Assembly (NCBI GenBank): GCA_951406725.2
Contig: OX597814.1
Span: 67,642,001 to 67,706,000, forward strand
Source of the DNA: Octopus vulgaris
Lineage: Eukaryota
Length of the DNA: 64,000 nt
Reading direction: 5' to 3'
Part shown: positions 1-51,132 of the stretch, in pieces
Numbering within the stretch: position 1 is the first letter of the stretch
Layout of the letters: the number at the start of each line of letters is the position of its first letter
Translations under genes and position numbers: made by a program
Notes under the pieces: generated by a model
Database searches by the model: none
What the model saw: the letters and a program-made list of their open reading frames with translations, nothing else
What the model was told of the DNA's origin: nothing

Positions 1-391
1 AATATATATTTCAAATGCCTTTACTTTGGCGCGATGAGACCCGAGAAAACTAGCCTGCAGCTAATAGTTAGCAGCAGTTAATTTATCGGTTAGAGAACAA
101 AATATTTATAAAATTAAATTTAGGGTAAAAATTGATATTTATCAATTAGAACCAGTGGTCTAGCATATTATATGGGACCATGCTGATGATGCTGCACTTT
201 TCCTTGCGGAAAATAACAGCTGAAACTAAATTTAGTACATGGGTAAATATTTATTTCGTATATTTTTCACTTGTTTATTGCTTTGGTTTTGTTGAGTTTG
301 ATCTGAGAACATAAACTTTTTGTGGAGAATGGCGATTTGACGTCTATATCTAGCATGTTGACTGTCCACTTTTCGTGTGCAGTCCTTAATT

Positions 392-436
<45 letters not shown>

Positions 437-438
<2 letters not shown>

Positions 439-1279
439 AAATAAAAACATGATGCCAAGGATTCAGCGGTACATATGTTTCGGGCCTTTATTAGACGGAT
501 TTATAACAATGCATAATGTCTGTCAATGGCCTTCTTCAGCCGCGTACAATTACTACTTCAAGGACATGTATTACATTATAAGTTTTACGTTGGGGATGCA
601 AATCCTCACAGTCGCGTACGACAGAGTGGGGCACCAGCACAAAAACGAAGCGTCCATCTCGTCTTTCACTCGATGTAGAATGAGGAAGTTTGGATGTTGA
701 GATAGAGAGGGAAGGGGTTGGTGGGGTTGAGTCTTTAGGGAGTTGGGGATCACAAAGAGGGAGGGTGGTGGATGCAAAAGGTAGTAAAAGAGCAAAAATT
801 TCAAAAGAGTAAAAATTTAAAAAATATATAAAAAAGATATAAGAATATAAAAAAATATAAGAATATAAAAAACATATAAGAATATAAAAAGAGTATCTAA
901 GTATATAAATATATAAATCAGTATATTGTTGGCATCCTTTCTGTCTCGGGAGACAATGGAGTATATAAATATATAAATATATAAATAAATAAGTAAGTAA
1001 ATATATAAATACACACAGACGTGAAAGAAACATGGTAATATAAATAAATAGAGATAAAGATAAATAAGCGAGAGCTAAGGACGAAAGATAAAAAAAAATA
1101 ACAATATAAAAAAATATAAAAAATAAAAAATATATAAGGATAGGGGATATAAAGGGGTTAAGAACTAACAAGGTGGTCAGAAAGATGACATATTCCGGCT
1201 GTAGAAGCCTACAGGCGTAATGGCGGGTGTCATAAATCAACTAGAATGTCCGGAGATCAAGTATATGGTTAATTATGGT

Positions 1280-1280
<1 letters not shown>
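437..1280 (-). mobile_element. Non-autonomous PLE-derived/retrozyme-like repeat with a 3' hammerhead (copy 1)
   Basis: Homologous to 29790-30583; bounded by (TA)n on both sides; hammerhead near its 3' end. Confidence 0.6.
466..543 (-). ncRNA. Type I hammerhead ribozyme motif
   Basis: Minus strand reads GCGG-CUGAAGA-aGGCC..GGCCc-GAAACAUAUGUA-CCGC: stem I GCGG/CCGC, palindromic stem III ACAUAUGU, GUA cleavage triplet. Confidence 0.75.
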
Positions 1281-1344
<64 letters not shown>

Positions 1345-1392
1345 CTATATACATCTACATATATATTTATATGCATGTATGTATATATATAT

Positions 1393-2523
1393 TGTTACGC
1401 CACACGCAAGCCCTAAGGCCTTCCGATACCACCCCAGGGCCCTCAATCCGGGAACAGCCCGCTTGCGACGGCGACAGTGCTCAGTAAACTGGAAATCCAC
1501 CACGGAAGGGGGGAGGCAGCGAATGCACCCAGGACCAAGAACAACAGCAACAACAAAAGAAAGAGACATACACGGGCGGAGGTTGCGCAATTCAACAATT
1601 TTTTTTTAACAAAACCAAAGCATTAACAACATAATACAGAGTTCGAAAAACAAATCATTTGCATTTAAACATAATACAGAGTTCGAAAACAAAGCAAATC
1701 ATTTACATTTAAACACAATGCGGAGTACCTTCCCCTTTTGAATACAACAGTTCTCAAAAAGTTCCACTTTTCTCCTCTTTCTTTTATTTTAAAAATAGCC
1801 AACAACACGCTCTTTTTTCTCTTTTCTTTCTCTTTCTTTTTTTTTAACATTTACAAGTTGTTGTTTTTTCTTCCTTTTCTTTTCAACAGTTTACGCCAGA
1901 GTCCTTTTTTTCAAGATTCATTTCAACAACACATCGTCTCTTAGCTTCTCTTTTTTTTTTAACATTTGATACAATACAGTTCAATTTTTCAAGATAAATC
2001 ATTGAAGCAAACACAACGTTCTTCTTTTTTTTTCCATTTAAACATCAGGATTCAAAACACAAATAAAAACATTACTGGCATGTTCCACGTCTGCGACATT
2101 TTAACTTCACAAACTCCCACTATAGTATCCTAGCTTCATGTATCTCTCTCTGTCAATCTGTGACTGTCATCTTCTTGACTACCTCTCGTCCTGTCATCTC
2201 TCACACTGACCGCCTGTCTCTCTCACTGACTGACTCTTTAACTTAATGCTACCCGTATTTATAACGGCCGGCATCTAGAAGAAGAGAGATATCGTAGGAC
2301 AGCAGCGTGTAGATCCCTTCCCAACATTTTCATTTTTTTAAAAAACTTTCCGTGACCGTGTGGGGCCATAGATCAGTGCGTAGGGCCATTAATAATCGTG
2401 CTCCTTGACAGGACAAAGGAAATAACAATGTCCTGAACAACTGGAGCGCCGGTTCAATTCTAACTAATGGAACAAGGGGCATAATTTTTTTGTTCGTTTA
2501 CATTTCCCTTGGCACCCGTAACA
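1393..2523 (-). mobile_element. Probable solo LTR (~1.13 kb)
   Basis: Termini TGTTACG...CGTAACA, non-coding, minus-strand TATAAA near 2257-2262, internal tandem duplication at ~1625-1715, inserted in (TA)n. Confidence 0.55.
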
Positions 2524-2562
2524 CTATATATGATTATATATATACATTTATACATATATATA

Positions 2563-2861
2563 CAAAGCCTTGTGACTGGATTTGGTAGACGGAAACTGAA
2601 AGAAGCCCGTCGTATATATGTATATATGTGTATGTGCATGTGTGTTTGTGTGTCTGTGTTTGTTCCCCTAGCATTGCTTGACAACCGATGCTGGTGTATT
2701 TATGTCCCCGTCACTTAGCGGTTCGGCAAAAGAGACCGATAGAATTAGTACTGGGCTTACAAAGAATAAGTCCCGGGGTTGAGTTGCTCGATTAAAGGTG
2801 GTGCTCCAGCATGGCCGCAGTCAAATGACTGAAACAAGTAAAAGAGTAAAAGAGTAAAAGA

Positions 2862-2862
<1 letters not shown>
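2563..2862 (+). mobile_element. tRNA-derived SINE family A, 5'-truncated
   Basis: Homologous to the full copies at 48699-49101 and 57754-58149; (AAAAGAGT)n tail; another partial copy at ~3480-3690. Confidence 0.75.
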
Positions 2863-2925
<63 letters not shown>

Positions 2926-3255
2926 TCTGTTGTGTCTGGGGAGAGTAATTTTCTTCTTGTGCCTTATAATATAACACACTCACCGGTAAAATTTCCACTT
3001 TTTTCTTATTTTTATTTTCCTAAAATTTTCGTTGCGTCTTGCAAACTTTTCAATAATTTTGACTCTATTGAAAAGGTTGCAAGACGCAACGAAAATTTTA
3101 GGAAAATAAAAATAAGAAAAAAGTGGAAATTTTACCGGTGTGTGTGTTATATTATAAGGCACAAAAAGAAAATGACTCTCTCCAGACACAACAGAATATG
3201 CTTCAACACACGAACTCATGTAAAGAATTTTGCAAACCAAATCCAAAAACGAAAT
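2926..3255. repeat. Fold-back element, ~130-bp inverted arms (2926-3055/3067-3195), PLE pLTR-like
   Basis: Near-perfect inverted arms in (TA)n; single-arm relatives at ~53460-53640 and ~59385-59510. Confidence 0.75.
3064..3102 (+). ncRNA. Minimal hammerhead motif, U3-A8 variant (mirror copy 3019-3055 on minus)
   Basis: UCUA-UUGAAAA-g-GUUGC aagac GCAAC-GAAA-AUUU-UAGG. Confidence 0.6.
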
Positions 3256-3315
3256 ATATGCATGTATATATGTATAAATGCATACATATGTATATACCTA
3301 TATAATATATACAGC

Positions 3316-3400
<85 letters not shown>

Positions 3401-3760
3401 GTGTTTGTATGTATATATATATATATATATTTTATATAACTATATATGTGTGTGTATGTATATATATATATGTATATATATTGTGTATCTGTGTGTCTGT
3501 GTATTTGTACCCCCACCATTGCTTGACAACAGGTGTTGCTGTGCTTACGTCCCTGTAACCTAGCTGTTTGGCAAAACACACCGATAGAATAAGTACTCGC
3601 CTTACAAAAATAAAACCTGGGGTTGATATCTTTGACCAAAGGCGGTTTTTCAGCATGGCAGCAATCACATGACCGAAACAAGTAAGACAATAAAAACTAT
3701 GCTATTTTAATCTAGGTATCATTGCTAGTGTGTGTGTGTATGTGTATATATATATAAATG

Positions 3761-3855
<95 letters not shown>

Positions 3856-3924
3856 ATATTTCGGAATGGTCATATTGCCAGTTTAGCCAATAAAATCTTA
3901 CACAATATATATATATATATATAA

Positions 3925-3979
<55 letters not shown>

Positions 3980-4889
3980 TTAATAGTTTCCCGTTTCCAT
4001 GATAGAGAAATCGTTTAACCTTTTATTTTGCATAAATTCATTTATTATACTTTGATTTTCAATATCACTTCAGCAACACTTCAACATCTATTATAAGAAT
4101 GTATAGGTCTAAGATTTTAGCTGATTATTTTCGTATGTAGAGGCTTATTCGAAAGATGGCGGTTGAACTCGATAAAACGTCGCGCTAAATGCCCCCCGGT
4201 AGATCTAATATTATAATTTTGAATTCCATTGTGATCGATATTACTTTTTATCCCACTGGAGTTGAAATAAAATATCAAAACACAGGGTGGCTGATTTAAG
4301 CAAAGAAAGAAATGATTATTTAATAATGTAGTGAATTGACAGAATCGTCAGAGCGGCTGTCAAAATGTCTTGCGATCTTGCAATTTAATAATTGGGACTA
4401 TGGGAACTATAGATATTCTCCTAAATGTGTTTTGTACTGAGAACCTGTTTCTAAATGGCATATGCTGCCAAACGAGAGCATTTTCTCATTACTAATTCTA
4501 ACGTAGAAAACAAATCTGACCGGCATTTATCCAATTTATGCCATAAAAACAATGAAATGCACGAAGAATATGAGAGCTCACAAAATAAGAATAAGTAAAT
4601 ATTTATCAACTTGATCATTCTATCTTTTAACCCCAGATAAACAAATATAACAAAGCATTTCATTATGAAATTAAATTTTTAATTTGACCTTTGCCCAAGT
4701 AATTGAATATTTACTAAATGAAAAACCAATTGTTTCGCCCATATTTGTGCTTTGAATTATATTGCAGTATTATTTACTGGTTTCTGGCGCCCAATCAACA
4801 TTTTTATTGAATATTTACATTTAACCCAAAACTGCTGAGAAATAGCCATTAAAAAATCGGACTTTGTCCTTTCGTTCAATAAGAATTAG

Positions 4890-4909
4890 CACGTGAGAGC
4901 ATATATAAA
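4890..4909 (+). promoter_or_regulatory. Candidate core promoter: E-box CACGTG(A) followed by TATATAAA
   Basis: CACGTG at 4890-4895 and TATATAAA at 4902-4909, 63-82 nt upstream of the ATG. Confidence 0.4.
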
Positions 4910-4971
4910 CAGTAGGAACTGAATTCTACTTCTTCCTTTTCAAAAGTATTTGAATCATTGAAAAACACAAG

Positions 4972-44916
<39,945 letters not shown>

Positions 44917-44926
44917 ACCAGACATC

Positions 44927-44932
44927 AATAAA
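44927..44932 (+). terminator. Candidate polyadenylation signal AATAAA
   Basis: Starts 11 nt after the stop codon; weak evidence in AT-rich DNA. Confidence 0.4.
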
Positions 44933-45159
44933 AATATTACTAGAATTTCAATTCAACATTTTCCTGCATGCTTCTGAGTTTATTTGATACCATTATATGT
45001 TTCTTTTTGAATTTTTCTAGTAAGTAAATAACAAAACAATGAAAGAGGAAAATAATTAAATAAACCATTATGGTAGACACTTTTTAAGGGACAGCTGCTG
45101 AGAAAAAAATCTTCAGTTGATGTCTGAAGTATTAATAATAATAATGATGAGATGTGTAA

Positions 45160-48100
45160 CATCATCATCATCGTTGTCGTCATTTAACATTCATTTTCCA
45201 TGCTGACATGGGCTGCACCAGGTTCCAATCTGATCTAATGCCAACCACTCTGAGAGTATAGTGGGTGCTTTTTATGTGCCACCAGCATGAGGGCCAATCA
45301 GGTGGTACTGGCATCAACCACACTTGAATGGTGCTTTCTACATGTCACCAGCACAGGACCAGTCAGGTGGCACTGGCATTGACCATGCTTGAATGTTGCT
45401 TTTTATGTGCCACCAGCACAGGACCAGTCATGTGGAACTGGCATTGATCATGCTCAAATGGTGCTTTTTATGTACCACGGGTACCGGTGCCAATCGGATG
45501 GTACTGTCATTGGCTATGACAACGATTTCACTCAAAAGGTCTTCGCAAGTGCAGTTTATTGCCCAATGATTGAAGGGTACTCTTAAATGGGCTGGTTATG
45601 CTGCACTGGCATAGGGCACAGTTACAGCCTTACTTGGCTTGCTGGGTCTTCTCAAGCACAGTATATCTCCAAAGGTCTTGGTAACTTGTCATCACCTCTG
45701 TTCGGAAGTCATGCTTCACACCTCATCCCAGGTCTTCCTGTGTCTTACCTCTTCCACAAGTTCCCTTCTACTGCTAGGGTGTGACACTTTTTCACACAGC
45801 TGTCCTCATCCATATGCAACACATGACCATACCAGTGCAGTCGTCTCTCTTGCACACCACATCTGATTCTTCTTATGTCCAACTTTTCTCTCAGGGTGCT
45901 TACCCTCTGTCATGTATGCACACTGACATTACACATCCAGCAGAGTGTACTAGCTTAATTCCTTACAAGTTTATGCATGTCCTCAGCAGTCACAGCCCAT
46001 GTTTCATTGCCATATAGTATGGCTGTTCACACACATGCATCACAAAGTCTACTTTTTACTCTGAGTGAGAGGCCCTTTGTCACCAGCAGAGGTGGGAGCT
46101 CTCTGAACTTTGCCCAGGCTATTCTTATTCTAGCACTTATACTCTAAGAGCATCCACCCCCACTACTGACTTGGTCACCTAGGTAACGGAAGCTATCAAC
46201 TACTACTATTTTTCCCCCTGACATGTGCAGGAGCTGTTTTCTGTGCATCTTCAGTGTTTATTGCCTCTGAGCATTTGCCACACATAAAAACTATCTTCTC
46301 AGTTAGCTTCCTTTGATATTGCTGCACCTCATATGTATGTATAGCTTACACCAGTTACATATTATGGAGTTTTTAACTACACCTTTTCTACAGATTTAGC
46401 AGGGCCATCTGCCTGGAGGGATTTGTGATTTGTCTGCCTTCCTACTTATTAAGACTTTGGGTTTTGCTAGCCCTTCGATCTTAGACCTTGTTTCCACACC
46501 TGAAACTTCTGTAGTTCTGACAGTGACTCAGCAATTAGAGCAAGGTCATCAGCATAGAGAGGCTCCCAGGGACATCTTGTCTTGAATTCCTCTGTTATTG
46601 CCTGGAGGACTATAATGAATAAGAGGGGGCTGAGGACTGATCCTTGATGGACCCCTACCCCTACCCAGAATTCTTCACTGTACTCGTTGCCAACCCTCAA
46701 CTTACTGACAGCCTCCTGGTACATGACTTGTACAGCTTTCACTAACCACTCATCTATCCCTAATTTCCGCATTGACCACCAGATAATGGATCAGGGGACC
46801 CAGTCAAAGACTTTCTCCATATCAACAAAAGCCAGGTAGAGAGGTTTATATTTAGCTAGGTATTACTCCTGCAGCTGTCTTACCAGGAATATAGCATCAG
46901 TGGCACTTCTCCCTGGCACAAACCCAAACTGCATCTCGTCTAAACTGACTTGGTCCCTAATTAGTTGGGCTTTGACTTTCATTACCTGATCCAACAACTT
47001 GATATCTCTGTAATTATTTGTATCTAATGCATCACCTTTACCTTTGTAGCAGTTGAGTATGGTGCTACTACATCAGTCATTGGGTATGACACCTGCATGT
47101 ATCAACTGATTGACTATATGGAAGACTAGACTATAGTCAACACTGCCAGATATTTGAAGCATCTCTGTGGTGATTCCTGATGGGCCGGGGGCTTTCCCAG
47201 TCTTCATCCCCTTAATTGCTTTATCTATCAAGGTACCGTCAATTCGGATAGCTGGTCCCTCTGTTGGGTCAACATTCGGCAGACTCTCTTTTTCCCATTC
47301 ATTCTCTTCATTTAGCAACCTTACATACTGGCATCTCCAAGTCTCTCACTTTGCAGCCTCATTAACTGCAAGTGAGCCATCATCCATGTGGACACATTTC
47401 TCTTCAATAACATCATGATTCTCTTTCACACATTGTCTTGCAACACAAAACACTTCAAGTCTTTGGTCCTCACGACACAGAACATTGGCAAATTTTTTCT
47501 TATCTGCTTCCCCTCTGGCTAAGTAAATCTGTCTCCTAGCTTCCTTTCAGGCAATATGGTACAACTCCCTGCTACCACCGTTCTTCCAGTCTTCCCATGT
47601 CTGTTTCTTTTCCCTAACGGCCCTACATTGTTCCACCACCATGTTACCTTGGGTCGAGAGGGGACTTTGCACCATCCATAGATCTGGTCAGTAGCCTTCA
47701 ACAGGTTGTCCTGTAGGAACCTCCAGTTATCTTCCACATCATATGATGCTATATACCCCTCTATTTCATCAAAAGTTCAAGTAATACGTCTCTAAATCTC
47801 TGTCCATTTGCAGGACCCTTAAGCTTCCAGATCCTTCTTCTCCATGCTAGTTATCTTCTGGGCATCCATTTAGCCTTGAATTTCTGAAATCGCTAACTAC
47901 TAATCTATGTTGTGGAGTACATTCTTCACCTGGGAATGTTTTGGCATTTATAAGTAGCCATCTTTCCCATTTCCTGGTGAGGATGTAATCAATTTGACTA
48001 GTGTGTCCACCAGATTGGTAGGTGAATAGGTGACTGAAACCATAGGATTATTTGCATTGCAGAACTCCAGCAGCCTGGTTCCCTCCTCATTGCAGGAACC

Positions 48101-48505
48101 AAAAAGTCTCCATGTACGCCACGGAAACCCCTGCATGTTCTCCAACATGCCTATTGAAGTCGCCAGCCACAAAGAGAAAGTCCCTGTCATTCATTGACAA
48201 GGTAGTAGTCTGCAAGAGGGTGTCATAAAATTGGTCTTTCTGTTCATCAGGTAGCCCTGGCTGAGGGGCATAAGCCAAGATAATGATTGCTAACCCATGT
48301 TGTAGCATTAATCTTAACTTTTCTATCACAGACTCTAACTACCTCGATTACCTTATCAGCCCATATCTCCACAAGAAGTATAGCTACGCCCCTGCTCAGA
48401 AAATCTTATACCTATGTTCTTTGCCTGTGAGGAACCTAGTAGAACTTCCACTCCACCTTACTTCTTGGATGTAGCGCAAATCTACACATCTCCGATTAAA
48501 CATTC
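45160..48505 (-). mobile_element. RTE-clade LINE, near full length and degenerate
   Basis: APE fragments (AYAPQPG..KDQFY, AGDFNRH), RT fragments (MKTGKAPGPSGI, QFGFVPG, FVDMEKVFD, GVHQGSVLSPLLF, LYADDLALI), tandem ~68-bp units in the 3' UTR, (GAT)n tail. Confidence 0.9.
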
Positions 48506-48698
48506 TATTTCTTTTTTTCTAATAAAGCATAAACTTTTTTTAAAAACAACATTGTAATGATCAGATGTTTTTATCACTGTCTGGATTCTCAGTACAGTTC
48601 TTGTAGCAAAATGTGAACATTTGACCAATTAGTTTCATGCCTTATCCACACACCTCTTGTATTTCAAGAGAATTTTGATTATCTATATTAATAACTAT

Positions 48699-49101
48699 AC
48701 TCTTTTACTTGTTTCAGTCATTTGACTGTAGCCATGCTAGAGCACCACCTCTAATTGAGCAAATTGACCCTGGGACTTATTCTTTGTAAGCCCAGTACTT
48801 ATTCTATTGGTTCTTTTGCCGAACTGCTAAGTGATGGAGACATAAACACACCAGCATCGGTTGTCAAGCAATGCTAGGGGGACAAACACAGACACACAAA
48901 CATACACACACACACATATATATATATACATATATACAATGGGTTTCTTTGAGTTTTTGCTTACCAAATCCACTCACAAGACTTTGGTCGGCCTGAGGCA
49001 ATAGTAGAAGACACTTGCCCAAGGTGTCATGCAGTGGGACTGAACCTGGAACCATGTGGTTGGTAAGCAAGCTACTTACCACACAGCCACTCCTGCGCCT
49101 A
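48699..49101 (-). mobile_element. tRNA-derived SINE family A, full length (another copy ~52625-52960)
   Basis: tRNA-like head GGCGCAGGAGTGGCTGTGTGGTAAG..GGTTCAGTCCC, central microsatellite, AAGTAAAAGAG tail. Confidence 0.8.
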
Positions 49102-49603
49102 TGAGTTAAATCAACCATGATAGTATCCAAATAGTATCCAATTGCACAACTTATTAATACTGATTTAAATCAACATTTCACTCATAACTCAGCCACATTT
49201 CCAATGATAATGTTTCCTAACATACACAAAAAGTGACAATCCCTGATGGCAGCATCATAGACAGTTATATCCAACCAGTACTTCACTGATCCTAACTGTA
49301 TTGAACAAAGAGGGATGAAATAAGCTGACACTATTAAAATTGTAACTCAGAATGTAAAGGAATGAGACAGAATACTACAAGCTATTCAGTCTGCTGTTCT
49401 ACCTAAATGACCATATAATCACTCCTTCTAATATGTTAATAACAATATTGGTAATGATAATTATGAAAATGATTTCTTGGTTAGATAGAAAGCAAAATTA
49501 TAGATAATAGGCTGTTGCATTCATATTTTTTTCTTTGTTATATGAAACAAGTGGTGATCAAGACCAAGTCACAAAATCAAATTTCATGAAAAGTTACTCT
49601 TCA

Positions 49604-49653
<50 letters not shown>

Positions 49654-50871
49654 TCACACAATCACACACACACATGTACATACACACACATGGAAACTGA
49701 AAATAAATCATATCACAAGGAAAAGCAAACACTCTAAACAGACAAAACCACAATATTTCCCCAAAGAAATAACAGCAGTCACATTCAGTTTGGTTCATGC
49801 CACAGTATCAAAGTTATCATCATCCACTGATGGCCCTGTTAAAGTTACATTCACTATTTGATGCACCCAATATAAAAGGACATGATATATGTTGATACAT
49901 ACACATATTCACATAATATAACATTTAGTTATATAACCTATTTCTTTACTACCACAAGGGGCTAAACACAGAGGGGACAAACAAGGACAGACTGACACAA
50001 ATCTTGATGATACTTCGCTTATAATAAATGCCAAAGACTAATGATTGATTAAAAATATAAAATACATACATAAGTAAATTTAGAAATAAAAGAGAGAAAT
50101 AGTTTTATCAAATACCAAATCTTCCATTAAAGATAAAGAACAATTCTTTCTAAGTTATTTCTCTTTAAGAGAGGAGCAAATTAGAGAGAAAACAACATTT
50201 TTCATCTAGATTTCAGCTGACCAACACTTTAACATTAGAAATAATTATGTTGTTGGTTTTTCTGAATAATTTAACCCAGGGACTTTTTCTGTAAGTATTA
50301 ATAGTCTATTAAGTTGAGATAAGATTTCTAAAAAGTTACTATCTTCTAAAAATGAAATTATGATAGAATTCATTTTGAGATTGATAAGTAATTTTATCTA
50401 TTTCAACGTATTGTGCATGTAATATTATATGCAGTTCACATTTCTTTTATAACTGGTATATCTATAATTTTAAAATGGCTAGTTTAACCCTTTTGGTACC
50501 AACCCACCTAAAACCATTCCTGGTTCTATGAGACAAGCTGACTGTTTTAAAATGATCTAAAAACATCCTATCAAACACACATACTCAATGTGTGTGCTTT
50601 ACTTGGTCACCAGTAGGCTGCAATTTAGTGTGGTGGAGAACAAGCAAAGCACATACATTGAGTCTGTATGTTTGATAATGTTTGCAACACTAGAACTGCT
50701 TCTAATTCATATTTGAATTGATCATATCAAAGTTTACTATGTTCCAAATACCAGCTTGATAATAAGTTGTTTCTTTTTTTACTAAATTCTTTATCATTTT
50801 AAAAATTAATTGTTGAAAGTTGCATATTTCAACAGAAATATGGTAATAAAAGGGTTTATCATGCTATTGTT

Positions 50872-51132
50872 TCATCATCATCGTCATCATCATCGCTTAA
50901 CGTCCGCTTTCCATGCTGGCATGGGTTGGACGGTTTGATTGAGAACTGGTGAGCTAGAGGCTGCACCAGGCCCAATCTGATCAGGCAAAGTTTCTACAAC
51001 AGGATGCCCTTCCTAATGCCAACCACTCCGAGAGTGTAGTGGGTGCTTTTTACGTGCCACCGGCATGAGGACCAGTCAGGTGGTTCTGGCAACAACCATG
51101 CTCAAAAGGTGTTTTTATGTGCTACCTGCACT
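50872..51132 (-). mobile_element. RTE 3'-end fragment or RTE-tailed SINE (relatives at 51525-51780, 62185-62490, 63560-63915)
   Basis: Same 3' end as 45160-45300 (CATCGTTTAACGTCCGCTTTCCATGCT..). Confidence 0.7.

Noticed and set aside
377-3924. ORFs with YIYIYI, MYVCMYVC, poly-I/N/Y/L or HTHT runs, here and throughout the window
   Set aside because: They are translations of (TA)n, (TATG)n, (AAT)n and (CA)n microsatellites, not proteins.
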